From contig OZ024754.1 in the NCBI GenBank assembly GCA_964016885.1, positions 5,828,001 through 5,892,000 of the forward strand: a DNA stretch of 64,000 nucleotides, in the 5' to 3' direction. The position numbers and the translations under genes were made by a program. Position 1 is the first letter of the stretch, and the number at the start of each line of letters is the position of its first letter. Below are positions 1 to 14,400 of this stretch, one piece after another. The notes beneath the pieces are model-generated. The model was given only the letters and a program-made list of their open reading frames with translations, searched no databases and was not told where the DNA came from. Origin of the DNA: Eledone cirrhosa. Lineage: Eukaryota.

Positions 1-174
1 TTCTATTATTATTTCTGGCAATATTTTAACAATATGACCCTCCCCAAATATAGCAATATATATATATGTGTGTGTGTGTTTGTATGTGTATGTATATATG
101 TATGTACGTATGCATGTATATACGTATGTATGTATATACTATATGTATGTATGTATATGTGTATGTATATATAT

Positions 175-208
<34 letters not shown>

Positions 209-234
209 GTCTATATAATACTATATATAACATT

Positions 235-413
235 TTGGAAGTATCGGTAGAGGGTCGGACGCCATGCTTTGCAGCATAGAGTTACGCCCCTTTACAGTCT
301 GAGTTCGAATCCCACCGAGGTTAACTTTGCCTTTCATCCTTACGGGGTCGATAAAATAAATACCAGTAATGCACTGGGTGATTGCTGGCCTTGTGCCAAA
401 GGTAAAAACAATT
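235..413 (+). mobile_element. tRNA-derived SINE (family S1, Nin-domain-like), slightly 5' truncated
   Basis: A-box-like GGAAGTATCGG, B-box GTTCGAATCC, then TTTGCCTTTCATCCTTACGGGGTCGATAAAATAAA-TACCAG core and tail TTGCTGGCCTTGTGCCAAA..AAACAATT; about 20 related copies in the window. Confidence 0.85.
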
Positions 414-583
414 ATATATAACATTGCCACAAGACCGTAAAACTATTTTGACCTTGGCCTTGAGAAATTAGCGGATACTTGACAAAAGTATGTGCGTGTG
501 TGTGTGTGTGTGTGTGTGTGAGTGAGAGAGGGAGAGGGAGAGAGGGAGAGACTGAGAGAGAGAATATTTATACGTGTGTGTGC

Positions 584-617
<34 letters not shown>

Positions 618-639
618 CTGATAGAGAGAATATTTATAC

Positions 640-673
<34 letters not shown>

Positions 674-693
674 CTGATAGAGAGAATATTTAT

Positions 694-740
<47 letters not shown>

Positions 741-872
741 TTTATGAGTGAGAGACTGAGAAAGAGAGTATTTATACGTGTGTGTGTGTGTTTGTGAGAG
801 AGCGAGAGAGAGAGACAGAGAGAGAATATTTATACGTGTGTGTGTGTGTGTGTGTATGTGTGTGTGTGTGTA

Positions 873-923
<51 letters not shown>

Positions 924-1149
924 ATAAGGAGAGAAAGAGTCAGAGAGAATGCGTACGATGGGTCAGTATAGGGAGGGAACTCTGACATAGTTGTATGTGA
1001 ACGAATACATAAATATGTACGTGGTTTCTGCCATATACTGGAAGATCTAATAACAACAGTAACGACAACAACAACAACAGTAACGACAGTAATAACAACA
1101 ACAATAACAGTAACAACAGTAACCACAGTAGCGACAACAACAATAATAA

Positions 1150-1335
1150 TAATTGTTTCTACTTTTGTCACAAGGCCAGCAATTATCTCAGTGTATTACT
1201 GGTACTTTATTTTATCGACCCCGTAAGGATGAAAGGCAAAGTTAACCTCGGCGGGATTTGAACTCAGAATGCAAAGGGCCATAACTCTATGATGCAAAGC
1301 ATTTTGTCCGGCGCTCTACCGATACTGCCAATCCA
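1150..1335 (-). mobile_element. SINE S1 copy with (TTA/TTG)n tail
   Basis: Reverse complement of the S1 consensus; abuts a (CAA/TAA)n tract. Confidence 0.85.
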
Positions 1336-1351
1336 ACAACAACAACAATAA

Positions 1352-1722
1352 TAATTATTTCTATTTTAAGCACAAGACCAGCAATTTGAAGGGGGGGGGG
1401 GGAGTCGGTTAAGTCGACCCCAGTGTATTACTGGTGCTTTATTTTATCGAACCCGTAAGGATGAAAGGCTAAGCTAACTTCGGCGGGATTTGAACTCAGA
1501 ATGCAAAAGGCCGTAACTCTATGCCACTTTGCCGCTAAGCATGGTGTCCGACACTCTACCGATACAGTCAATCCACCGCCCTTCGGCGGGGTTTGAACTC
1601 AGAACCTAAAGAGCCGTAACTCTATGCCGTTAAGCACGGTGTCCGACATTCTACCGTTACTGCCAATCCAACCGGCCTTCGGCGATATTTGAACTCAGAA
1701 CCTAAAGAGCCATAACTCTATA
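1352..1722 (-). mobile_element. SINE S1 copy (long variant) plus two tandem duplications of the tRNA-like head
   Basis: Full copy at about 1352-1582 with an extra GGGGTCGAC..CCCC segment; CGGCGGG.TTTGAACTCAGAA...AACTCTAT recurs at about 1584 and 1680. Confidence 0.8.
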
Positions 1723-2084
1723 CTGTATATTGCACCATCTACATTATCATGTATGGACGCCATGTTCAAGTAAGAGACAAGCAGATGATAATTAAGAGAG
1801 TTCTGAAGTCTTTCTCATCATAGTTAACAAAATGGGTTTTTTTTTATAGGAATTCTGCAAGATTGCTGTTGTTCTTGTAAATATTTAGCATCTGTCAGGA
1901 ATATAAAGAATATGTCAATATATAGAATAGACATTTATATCTCAAGGAAAATACTACGTTAGTCTTCCTGCTGTTTCTGCTATTACCTTCTTCCTTTCTT
2001 CTTCTTCTCTTCACCATTCTCAGCAGATATCCAGAACTAATTGTCGCCAGGAAATCTAATCGTGTCCTACCATTTTTCTTAACC

Positions 2085-3140
2085 ACGCATACATAAACAC
2101 ACACATGCACACTTACACATACATAAACACACACATGCACACATACACATACATAAACACACACATGCACACATACACATACATAAACACACACATGCAC
2201 ACATACGCATACATAAACATACACATGCACACATACGCATACATAAACACACACGTACACACATACACATACAAAAACATACGCACACATACACACATAC
2301 ACATACAAAAACACATACGCATACATAAACACATACGCATACATAAACACACACATACACACATACACATTCATAAACACACACATTCACACATACGCAT
2401 ACATAAACACACACATACACACATACGCATACATAAACACACACATACACACATACACATACATAAACGCATACGCATACATAAACACACACATACACAC
2501 ATACGCATACATAAACACACACATACACACATACACATACATAAACACACACATACACACATACACATACATAAATACACACATACACACATACACATAC
2601 ATAAACACACACATACACACATAGACGTACATAAACACACACATACATAATACATAGACATACATAAACACACACATACACACGTACATAAACACACACA
2701 TACACACATACACATACATATACATAAACACACACATACACACATACACAAAAACGCACACATACACACACACTCATTCCCACTCCCACAAATGCACAGA
2801 CACACATACACATACACAAACACACACATATATATATATACGCACACATACTCATAAACATTTCCACAAATGCACACAGACACATATACGTACACATAAA
2901 TAAACACATACACTGGCACACAGACATTCACATACGCTCACACAGACGCTCATATACACATTATTCATATACACGGACACACACATATATACATTAATCA
3001 CACACACATATACACACACACACACACATATACACAAGCAAATATACACTCATGCAAACACACACACACACACACAAGTACACACACACAAATAAACACA
3101 CACAAGTACACACAGACACACACTAGCACACACACACATA
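2085..3140. repeat. CA-rich minisatellite (about 30-bp unit CATACATAAACACACACATGCACACATACA) decaying into (CA)n
   Basis: Unit directly visible; explains the Val/Cys/Tyr and His/Thr ORFs. Confidence 0.9.
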
Positions 3141-3338
3141 TATACATGATACAAACACTCAAACTGACATCCATTCCCGCCGAGTCTCATTGTGCGTTAA
3201 ATTCAAAGTCCAGCTTGTGAATGGTTGAGTATTCCGTAAACCCGTGTAACAAAGCAGAAGAAACGTTACTCAGTATAAGACGAATCTTCACTCTCATAGC
3301 TACAGGTGAACACATTACACTACCCCAAGATATCATAT

Positions 3339-3529
3339 AATTATTTCTACTTTTGGTGTAAGGCCAGCAAATAACCAGTGCATTACTGGTACTTTGTTTT
3401 ATCGACCCCGTAAGGATGAAAGGCAAAGTTAACTTTGGCAGGATTTGAACTCAGAATGTAAAGGGCCATTACTCTATGCTGCAAAGCATGGCGTCCGACC
3501 CTCTACCGATACTGCCAATCCACCGCCCT
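3339..3529 (-). mobile_element. SINE S1 with target-site duplication
   Basis: S1 reverse complement flanked on both sides by AGATATCATATAAT. Confidence 0.88.
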
Positions 3530-3792
3530 TAGATATCATATAATGGAACTAAACCCGGAACCACGTGATCAGTCTCAACTGCGCCGACTTGGTTTCATTT
3601 TTCTTTTCTTTTTTTTTTAAATATTCAAATAGCCACCATATTGTATTACGCCATAACGATTTAACTAATATCATTAGTATTTATACCTTTCATAATTTAA
3701 TCATCTATATTACACTATATAATCCACAAATTTGACACAGTTGTACATATACAGCCAAACATATACAAGAAGAATTATATATAGTTACGCTA

Positions 3793-4180
3793 TAGTGGAG
3801 TGGTGCTGCTGTACGGGTCTGAGACTTGGACACTGACCAAGAAACTCACTCAGATGGTGGATGGGTGCTACACGAGAATGCTGAGGATGGCTCTGAGCAT
3901 TAATCAGTATACACTGAGGATGAAGAACTCAAAGCTGTACGGGAACCTCCAAAAGTCAGCTCGAGAGTATCACAGCGGAGACTGAAGTTGACACTGCACT
4001 CAGTGCTCCTGTGGGAGCCCCTGCATGGACACACTAGAAGAGGGAGACCGTGGTTGACATATGTTGATGCCCTAAGGACAGACACTGGTCTTTTGGAGGC
4101 GCAGGAGATGGCAGCGATGATGAGGGACAGAGACCGCTGGAGAGAACTCGTCCATGGAACTCGGGAATTTTACCCGCCCT
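3793..4180 (+). pseudogene. 5'-truncated RTE-type LINE, C-terminal region downstream of the RT domain, frameshifted
   Basis: VLLYGSETWTLTKK..DGCYTRMLR and GHTRRGRP..TYVD..DRDRWRELV motifs typical of RTE-group LINE C-termini; TTACGCTA direct repeat at 3785-3792 and 4181-4188 (TSD); second copy at 21158. Confidence 0.85.
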
Positions 4181-4239
4181 TTACGCTAATTTAATTATCA
4201 TTTATTCGACAGTGTGGGTTCTAAAAGGTTTTTAATGAC

Positions 4240-4650
4240 TCTACCACGATGTAATGACACTCGCCTGGGGTGACATACTGTAGATCTAACCCAGGACATT
4301 ATGGTTATGACGCAAAACTTCCTAACATTTTAACTATGTTGTATATGGTTCTAATTAATGAAACTTGTTCAAGATACCATATGTTGGGATCGAATTCTGA
4401 GTATAGTGATTATAACGAGAAACTTCCTATCTAGCCATGTGTATCTGTTTCTGAATAATTCCATGAGGTTGGATTGAACCCGGGACCTTATTATTGCCAA
4501 GCAAACGTCTTAACCGTCTTGGCTATGATGTGTTTGATTCTAAGTAATGATACTTGCCTAAGATACCATGCAGTGGAATCGAACACTTGGCTTTATAATT
4601 GATTGCAAAGCGAACCTTCTCGACCATTTTGCCGTGCTGTGTCTGGTTGT
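4240..4650 (-). repeat. Degenerate tandem array of old tRNA-SINE-like heads
   Basis: Recurrent ..ACTTG.YYAAGATACCA..TGG.ATCGAA.. units (B-box-like TTCGAT on the minus strand), highly diverged. Confidence 0.4.
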
Positions 4651-5078
4651 AATGTAGCGATCACAAACCCACTTTTGATAATACTTAACATACATATGTG
4701 TACTAACAAAGTGTTCAGTTTTCAACAACATTCACTTAAATGTCCGTAAATTGAGGAAGGTGGGGTGGAGGAGTGGGAGTTAAAGTTCACGAAAGAAAAG
4801 AGCTGTGCAACAGTTCACGTGATGTCACAGATTATTTTACTGACAAATCATGTCATTTACTTAGTTTGGAAGCTTCAGTGAGTTGTCGTCACAAATGCCA
4901 ACGGATGTCGGTAGGAGAGGAGATGAGATGAGAGGTTTTTTTTTGGTTTTTTGGTTTTTTTCTTTCTTAGACCTATTCAACAACAGTCACGCAACGACCG
5001 TTGTGAAGTGCAGCTAACAATATGTGATTATCAAACAGAACAGGCTTAATACAGTCCAACATACTTTAAACTACAAAT

Positions 5079-5221
5079 CACAATTACTTAACGTTTGGAC
5101 TCCATTTTGAAATATCCTTATAGTCACAATTACTTATCCTTTGGACTGCATTTTGAAATATCCTTATAGTCACAATTACTTAACGTTTGGACTCCATTTT
5201 GAAATATCCTTATAGTCACAA
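5079..5221. repeat. Three tandem copies of a 46-bp repeat
   Basis: CACAATTACTTAACGTTTGGACTCCATTTTGAAATATCCTTATAGT repeated three times. Confidence 0.9.
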
Positions 5222-5225
5222 TATA

Positions 5226-5312
5226 CAGGGTGTCTCCAAAAAATATATACACCAACATTTTAATCAACAACATTCTAATCAAAGTATGTATACATTTTTG
5301 GGGGACACCCTG
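5226..5312. mobile_element. Tc1/mariner-type MITE
   Basis: About 26-bp imperfect TIRs CAGGGTGTCTCCAAAAAATATATACA / TGTATACATTTTTGGGGGACACCCTG with TA on both sides; related decayed ends at about 12710/13020 and 17133-17216. Confidence 0.8.
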
Positions 5313-5659
5313 TATTTTCTAGAACTTTCTCGCAATGTTGCCTTACAATCAGGTGTATTATTTTCCCCAATCTTTATTAATTCATCGCGTGTGCCTACCT
5401 GTCTATGTTTCTGTTAGTGCATTCTGTAATTCTATTTACAATATTCAGTGGTTCTGGCTACGGCCTAGATGGAGCATGAACCGTCTATGAGTTTTAATCG
5501 ATTATATCAACATCGGTAGTTTTCTTTAGTACTTAATATATTTATCTTGTAAGTAAACCAGAGCACTAAAAAAATCAACAGTAGCATACACAGATGTTAT
5601 ATATCTAGCGTTAAATACCAATCGACATAGCGATTTCGATTTACCACCCGTTGTCTATG

Positions 5660-5693
<34 letters not shown>

Positions 5694-5942
5694 CGTGTGT
5701 GCGTGTATAACGCATATACAAACACACAAACATACACATGCGTATCTATCTATTTATCTCTGTATTTCTATATATATAAGGGTGAAAGCAGCGATTCTTT
5801 GCTTAAATATATTTATCCTTATCGAGCCCTCTTTGGACTTTAGTCTTCACATTTATTATTATTAAAGTACCAGTAATGCACTGGGTAATTGCTGGCCTTG
5901 TGCCTAAAGTAGAAACAATTAATATATATATATATATATATA

Positions 5943-6133
5943 AGGGCGGTGGATTGGCAGTATCGGTAGAGGGTCGGACGCCATGCTTTGACGCATAGAG
6001 TTACGTCCCTCGCCATTCTGAGTTCAAATCCCGCCAAGGTTAACTTTGCCTTTCATTCTTACGGGGTCGATAAAATATAGTACCAGTAATGCACTGGGTA
6101 ATTGCTGGCCTTGTGCCAAAAGTAGAAACAATT
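5943..6133 (+). mobile_element. SINE S1 full-length copy
   Basis: GGGCGGTGGATTGGCAGTATCGG (A box) ... GTTCAAATCC (B box) ... Nin-like core and tail; an extra tail fragment lies at 5865-5920. Confidence 0.88.
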
Positions 6134-6145
6134 AATATATATATA

Positions 6146-6325
6146 CAAAGGAAAAGTGGTAAGGAACCAGATGAACCATAACGCACCAGAGTACTCAATA
6201 CTTAGAGTAGTAGAGTGGGAAATAGGAAAGAGTATGACCCCGACGGCAGAGCTCAAGCCGTTTCGACGGCTATTTCTGGACTAAATTAGAATGAGCTCTG
6301 CCGTCGGGGTCATACTTTTTCCTGT
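6146..6325 (-). mobile_element. TA-embedded element family H2 (hammerhead 3' half), partial fold-back
   Basis: Minus strand GAAAC-GGC-TTGAGCTCT-GCC-GTC-GGGGTC; inverted partial copy at 6292-6322; homologues at 17570, 29116 and 42899. Confidence 0.7.
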
Positions 6326-6369
6326 ATATATATGGGATAGTGGCCGCAAAGGTATGCACGTACAAACAT

Positions 6370-6458
<89 letters not shown>

Positions 6459-6742
6459 ATATATATATGGAAATATCATAAATTATATAGAGAAAAGTTC
6501 AAATGAAACGCAATAGTATAAAAAGGTTCTCAAATTATGAAAAGCCACGCCTTCCATCAGTGTTTCTGGCCACGCCCACTCTATCAATCTCCTGTCAATC
6601 TAGAAATAAGGACAAAAGACAGGAAATATATAAGAAAGATGTCATAAATGAATGGCTTGGTTATATATTCTCTATTGTGTTTGTTCACACGCGTGTATAT
6701 ATATGTATATATATGTATATATATATATGTATATATATATAC

Positions 6743-6884
<142 letters not shown>

Positions 6885-6955
6885 GGGGGGGAAGGTACTA
6901 TTCGTAGTGATAGAGTACTCAGTCCTTAGGACGAGTTAGGTAGAAGTGGTAACCA

Positions 6956-7019
<64 letters not shown>

Positions 7020-7146
7020 GATAAATCCATAGATCTATATCATATACATACCAACACACACATATATATCCTAGAAACGATCGTAAAATGATGAAATTTT
7101 TAATATAAGGAACTGTTTCTTTGTTTTTATTCATTATTTTTTATTA

Positions 7147-7239
<93 letters not shown>

Positions 7240-7319
7240 CCAAGGGCGGTGCCCCAGCATGGCCTCAGCCGGATGGCTGAAACAGGTAAAAGAGTAAAAG
7301 AGTATATATAAACATATCA

Positions 7320-7783
7320 ATGATATTAATAAATTAATAAATGGAAACTATATTTATAAAACCATATTTATTTTATTATATATATATTTCAAGGGTACCA
7401 AAACACTATGGTACGCCCTCATCAGATAAAATACAGAATGTGTTTAATAAATAGTTTTATAAATAGTGACATACCGATAAACCAGACCTTAACGGTTCAG
7501 GTTCCAAATGGAAACTGAACCGTTAAGGTCTGGTTTATCGGGTATGTCACTATTTATAAAACACATTTTGTATTTTATCTGATGAGTGCGTACCATAGTT
7601 TTTTGGTACCATAGTTTTTTGGTACCCTTGAAATATATATAATAAAATAAATACGGTTTTATAAATATAGTTTCCATTTATTAATATCATTGATATTATA
7701 CTCCAGGAAAGTTGTAGAGTGCTTCGAATCTGTTATAATAAATAAATTTGTTGAAGTACCAGCAAATTTAGTATTTCTTTGCT
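7320..7783. mobile_element. Fold-back element family H3 (Penelope-like pLTR dimer)
   Basis: About 180-bp inverted arms (7321-7500 / 7514-7690) plus a one-sided tail to 7783, TA-rich flanks; each arm carries a hammerhead motif. Confidence 0.8.
7571..7649 (+). ncRNA. Type I hammerhead ribozyme motif (H3); mirror copy at 7369-7433 on the minus strand
   Basis: Stem I TATTTTAT/ATAAAATA, core CTGATGA, stem II GTACCA/TGGTAC, GAAA, minimal stem III with TA loop, AUA cleavage triplet. Confidence 0.75.
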
Positions 7784-7837
7784 TATATATAAACATATAT
7801 ATATGTATGTTCTCATTTTTGGTGTTACTGATAATGT

Positions 7838-8955
7838 CGGTGGTGTTGGTATTGTTGTTGGTGTTGGTGTTGTTGTTGTTAGTGTTGGTGTTGGTGGTGT
7901 TGTTGTTAGTGTTGGTGATGGTGTTGTTGGTATTGTTGTTGTTGGTGATGGTAGTGTTGTTGTTAGTGTTGGTGTTGGTGGTGTTGGTATTGTTGTTAGT
8001 GTTGGTGATGGTGTTGTTGTTGTTGGTGATGGTGTTGGTGGTGTTGTTGTTGGTGTTGGTGATGGTGGTGTTGCTGTTGTTAGTGTTGGTGATGGTGGTG
8101 ATGGTGTTGTTGGTGTTGGTGATGGTGGTGTTGTTGTTGTTGGTGATGGTGGTGTTGTTGTTGGTGGTGATGGTGGTGTTGTTGTTAGTGTTGGTGATGG
8201 TGGTGTTGTTGATAGTGTTGATGTTGGTGGTCTTGTTGTTGTTGATGTTGGTGGTGTTGTTGTTGTTGGTGATGGTGGTATTGTTGTTAGTTTTGGTGAT
8301 GGTGGTGTTGGTATTGTTGTTGGTGTTGGTGGTGTTGTTGTTAGTGTTGGTGTTGGTGGTGTTGTTGTTAGTTTTGGTGATGGTGGTGTTGGTATTGTTG
8401 TTGGTGTTGGTGTTGTTGTTGTTAGTGTTGGTGTTGGTGGTGTTGTTAGTTTTGGTGATGGTGGTGTTGGTATTGTTGTTGGTGTTGGTGGTGATGGTGT
8501 TGGTGGTATTGTTGTTAGTTTTGGTGATGGTGGTGTTGGTATTGTTGTTGGTGTTGGTGGTGTTGTTGTTGGTGGTGATGGTGTTGGTGGTATTGTTGTT
8601 AGTTTTGGTGGTGTTGGTGTTGGTGGTGTTGTTGTTGTTGTTGGTGGTGATGTTGTTAGTGTTGGTGTTGGTGGTGTTGTTGTTAGTGTTGGTGATGGTG
8701 GTGCTGTTGTTAGTGTTGGTGATGGTGTTGGTGGTGTTGTTGTTGGTGTTGGTGATGGTGGTGATGTTGTTAGTGTTGGTGGTGTTGTTGTTGGTGATGG
8801 TGGTGTTGTTGTTAGTGTTGGTGATGGTGGTGTTGTTGTTGGTGTTGGTGATGGTGATGTCGGTGTTGTTTTAGTTTGTGTTAGTGTTTCTGTTGTCATT
8901 GGTGCTGTTGTTAGTTTTTGGTGTTGATGATGTTGTTGGTGGTGGTGATGGTGTT
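7838..8955. repeat. (GGT/GTT/GAT)n trinucleotide-based low-complexity satellite
   Basis: Directly visible; keeps three frames open (poly-Val/Leu, Gly/Val, Thr/Pro). Confidence 0.9.
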
Positions 8956-9341
8956 ACTATTAGAGCTTATGTTATTGTTAGTGTTGGTGTTGTTGTGTTC
9001 GTTTCGATGTTATTGTAGTTGTTAATGATTGTATTAGTATAGGTGGCGTTGCTATAGATAGTGTCTAAGTCTAATTAAGGGAGTCTTCCATAAAAAAACC
9101 TTTTACCTTCATACAATTACATTCAATGCGGCGTAATTGTAATTCTATTCCCTATATTTGAAAGTTTCCATATTTTCAATTGATCATTAGCTACATCGAT
9201 GAAACAGATTCGATTTTGCGAGTTCAAACATGAACTTTGAGAGACATCCAGTCATGGTGCCAATACTTTTATGTGACGCTTTACATAAATATTAAATTGA
9301 TACATTATTTATTTCTGTTACATCATATATGTATGTATATA

Positions 9342-9391
<50 letters not shown>

Positions 9392-9465
9392 GGGGGTGGG
9401 GTGTATACATAGACATGTATATATGTATGTGTGTGTGTGTATACATAGACATATATATATATATT

Positions 9466-9507
<42 letters not shown>

Positions 9508-9640
9508 TGTACAAATCAGGATAGAACCAATAGAGTACTCGATACTACTTGTGGTAATAGAGTATGGTTATATTATAAAGAGTCGGGTCCCGACCCTTTA
9601 TATATGTGTATGTAAATAGATCGATAGATAGATAGATATA

Positions 9641-9827
9641 TTTCTTTATTAGCCACAGGGGCACAAAAGAAGGGGACAAATACAAAGGGGGAAGTTTACA
9701 TACAATAAAAACGTGTAAAATGTTATCACAGATGGAATTTAAAAGTTAGTCGATTTTCCCCAATAGAGGGAGACAGTTTATATGGGTAACACAGACCCCC
9801 GAAAAAAATGTGCAACCCTCATAGATC

Positions 9828-9860
<33 letters not shown>

Positions 9861-11112
9861 ATTTATTTATTAGCCACAAGGGCACAAAAGAAGGGGACAA
9901 ATACAAATGGGAGTTTACATACAGGTATATGAAAATAAAACTATTAATAAAATAACAAATAACAATTGATATCCCCAATAGGGGGGAGGTGTTACACAGG
10001 GGTTGTACACACCCCGAAAAAATGTACAACCCTCATCTCCAGGAGCACCAAGAGTGAGTACTCCCTTCCTCTCTTCCTCTTTTTCCTCAACCTACAGGCT
10101 TATATAGAGAGAAGGCCCAACCACTCGGGCCACCTTTGCCACATTCACCCACCTTTTATAAAATTTGCTGGGGTACAGCACCTCTCTCTCCATCCTGATT
10201 CTTCTTCCAAAATGATATTTGAAAAACCGAATCAGTTGCTCGCCGGAGAGAAAGGTGTCTGACCTCAGCCCTTTTAACCTCGTCCACCATATAACCTCTT
10301 TCACCATAGCCATAACACATAGGAAAACCGCCTCTCCCTCGTTTTTGAAGGAGGTTGGCGGTTTGATCATGACAACGGACTCAGTGGTCAACTGGATTGG
10401 TCCCACCCGCGACAATAGTCGTTTTACATAGCCCCACAGGTCGGTAACGCCCGGGCCTTGTACAAATGCGTGCGCGACGGTTTCCTCGTCGCACACGCAT
10501 CTCGGACAGATCGAAGGGTCCCTACCCGGGCGCCCGTGTCTCTATAGCTTGTCTCGAACTGGTAGAGCTCCTCGGTAGCACTGCCAGGCCAGGGACTTTT
10601 GGAAGTTGTCCATTAGTCCCGGGCGGAAGGTCCTCCCGAACAGACTGGCCAGTTCGTCCTCCTCTACGCCTAGAGTTTCTCCGAGCGTGTCGTCGCACTT
10701 GCTGCGGACCAACCCTCTATAGAATGTCGAAGTGGAGTCTCCACTGATCGCCGGGTCCGCCTGCCAGAGGACTGTGAGCGCCTGAGCACATTCGATGTGC
10801 CAGTCGCCCATTTTCCTCGGTCTTTGCTTGACCCGGGATTGCAGCTCTGTCAGCGAGACGAGTCGTGGGAAGGCTCGCCTCATGAACGGGGCCCACACCG
10901 GTTGTCTGGTGCGGAATACGTGGAGGTGCCGCAGCCTGAGCGCGTGTTTGCGCATCGTCAGCCACGGCATCCCCAGCCCTCCGTTTCAAGGGTGTTGGCA
11001 ACAGATGGATCTTCTCACCAAAGGAGCCCGTTTCTTCCAAAGGAATTGGAAGAGCGCGCGCTCCATTTTGGTGAGCGTTTTGGCTGGACAAGGCACGACG
11101 GTCAAGCGGTAA
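9641..11112 (-). pseudogene. 5'-truncated Tx1/L1-clade LINE (ORF2 C-terminus with zinc knuckle plus duplicated 3' UTR) inside (GATA)n
   Basis: GLGMPWL, AWQCYRGALPVRDKL, CPRC..DEETVAHAFVQ and KEVIWWTR motifs match the Tx1/L1 ORF2 C-terminus; stops and frameshifts present; AATAAA immediately before (TATC)n; GATA tracts at 9616-9640, 9822-9858 and 11113-11200. Confidence 0.85.
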
Positions 11113-11125
11113 GATAGATAGATAC

Positions 11126-11200
<75 letters not shown>

Positions 11201-11310
11201 TTATAATATGTGTGGTATGAGTCGAATAGTGCTCCTCTGCTGTAGTACAAGCTAGCTAAATCAGGAAGGAATCAGTTTAAAATTGGTTAGACCTTTACTC
11301 TGTTGATTTA

Positions 11311-11356
<46 letters not shown>

Positions 11357-11359
<3 letters not shown>

Positions 11360-11765
11360 TTAAGTCGTTTGGAAGCCTCGACAATGCAAATGGGTAAATC
11401 TCCGGGTAACAAGGTCCGGTGGTGGAGGGAGAGATGTAGGTGGGTGTACGTTGAGATGCGTGGTGTGTATAAGATGTGTGAGATGTGTAGAATGAAGGGA
11501 ATGAAGGGACTATTAAATCTCTCCCAAGGTAACTCTCTCTTGTGTTGTTATTTTTATTTTTATCCTTTATACTCTTCCCTTCATTCTACACATCTCACAC
11601 ATCTTATACACACCACGCATCTCAACGTACACCCACCTACATCTCTCTCTCCACCGCCGGACCTTGTTACCCGGAGATTTACCCATTTGCATTGTCGAGG
11701 CTTCCAAACGACTTAAAGATATTTACTTATTGTTCCACAATGCTTCAAGCAAACTTCAATATTCT

Positions 11766-11768
<3 letters not shown>
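11357..11768. mobile_element. Fold-back element family H6 in (TA)n
   Basis: About 145-bp near-perfect inverted arms (11357-11500 / 11576-11722), one-sided tail to 11768; diverged single-arm homologue at about 52655-52772. Confidence 0.75.
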
Positions 11769-11829
<61 letters not shown>

Positions 11830-12525
11830 CATATATATATATATATATTTCACCACCCAACTCTCAAGAGCATGAAACTAATAAACCTTTGTTCGTACTG
11901 CCTCTCTGTTTTGTTCCCGTTCAATTTTTCACTATATATATATATATATATATTCAGACCATACAAACAAACATACATAAAATACTGGTAAATTATTTTA
12001 TTTTTCAACATTATTACATATTTGCATATAAATTTATTTATTCATTTGGTATTTTGCTTTAAATATTAATGGCTTAGCTTCTATCATCAGCTCAGCCCCT
12101 TCTCGCACTCAACGAGATCCCTATATACTGTCACACATTAAGATGAGCAAATTCTTCAGAAAGTTGATTTCTTTTGTATTAGTTTCGACTGTTTATCAGC
12201 CATTAATGTTACATTTGTCATCGTTATTGTTACATGTTCTCAATTCATAATTTATATATATCTTGTTCTATGTACACACAATACAAAATGTTTAAAGAAA
12301 AATGACCAGATTCTGTAATGATTTCCAACAACTTGAGGGATATTCATGATATATATATATCAAGGGATTCCTAGTAATACAAAAACGTATATCCATATAT
12401 AAAACGTACATCAGTATACACCAAGACACACCAACATATTAATAAGACAGACATACTTACTATACACATACAAACGCACAGACCAGCACACATTTCGACA
12501 TTATACACGCGCCTACACACATATA

Positions 12526-12635
<110 letters not shown>

Positions 12636-12663
12636 TGGAACTCCTTTAACCATCTTTTGATCT

Positions 12664-12711
<48 letters not shown>

Positions 12712-13022
12712 GGTGTCACAAGAATTGGATAAGCACTTCAATCTTTAAAAAATGCATTAAAATAAATTCTATTTCATATGCATTATTTAAATTATTTCAT
12801 CCTTACGAGGTCAATAAAATAAAGTACCAGTAATGCACTGGGATAATTGGTGGCCTTGTGCCTAAACTAGAAACAATTATTTATATCAAGTAAACATTTT
12901 TAGGTGTTTAACTGCAATAGAATTATGTCTGTAGATCGTTTTATTTTTGGAAAACGCTGTGTATTGTAATAAATATCGCCTGCACTGGTAATCAAAGTGT
13001 ATATACATTTTTGAGGAACATC

Positions 13023-13620
<598 letters not shown>

Positions 13621-13825
13621 ATATATATGGGAACACCCATATATATATATATTTGTTCTGAAGACACGATAGGATAAACATCATTTGAAAATTGAATATC
13701 TGCAAATAAATAACTACCAATTTGCACATAGCATGACTAGGTTGCGTAACTACTGTAGAAACATTTGTAAGCACTCGGAATAAATTACATTTTTATGAGG
13801 TCTACCTATTTTATTATTCATTCTT

Positions 13826-13862
<37 letters not shown>

Positions 13863-13882
13863 GTATGTATATATATATAGAG

Positions 13883-14116
<234 letters not shown>

Positions 14117-14183
14117 ATATAATATAATTTATATTTATTTATATATATATATAAAATATAATACATATTTATATATATATTTA

Positions 14184-14223
<40 letters not shown>

Positions 14224-14226
<3 letters not shown>

Positions 14227-14400
14227 GGAAGCTCCAACCGTTAAGGTTGTCTTTTTTTTTCCGGGTATGTCAATATTTATTTATATAACAAATCTGTATT
14301 TTATCTGATGAAAGCGCACCATAATTGCCTTGATTGCCCTTGAAATATGTATAATAGAATAAATATGGTTTTATAAATATAGTTTCCATTTATTAATATA
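14224..14400 (+). mobile_element. H3 single-arm copy with degenerate hammerhead
   Basis: TTTTAT-CTGATGA...CCTT-GAAA-TATGTAT-A-ATAGAATA, homologous to 7514-7690. Confidence 0.65.

Noticed and set aside
5943-6040. tRNA gene
   Set aside because: A and B boxes are present but they belong to a SINE head; there is no cloverleaf and the sequence continues into SINE core and tail
7690-8927. Three overlapping 380-394 aa ORFs (mucin-like Thr/Pro, poly-Val/Leu, Gly/Val)
   Set aside because: They arise from a GGT/GTT trinucleotide satellite that lacks stops in several frames; there is no non-repetitive domain or splice evidence
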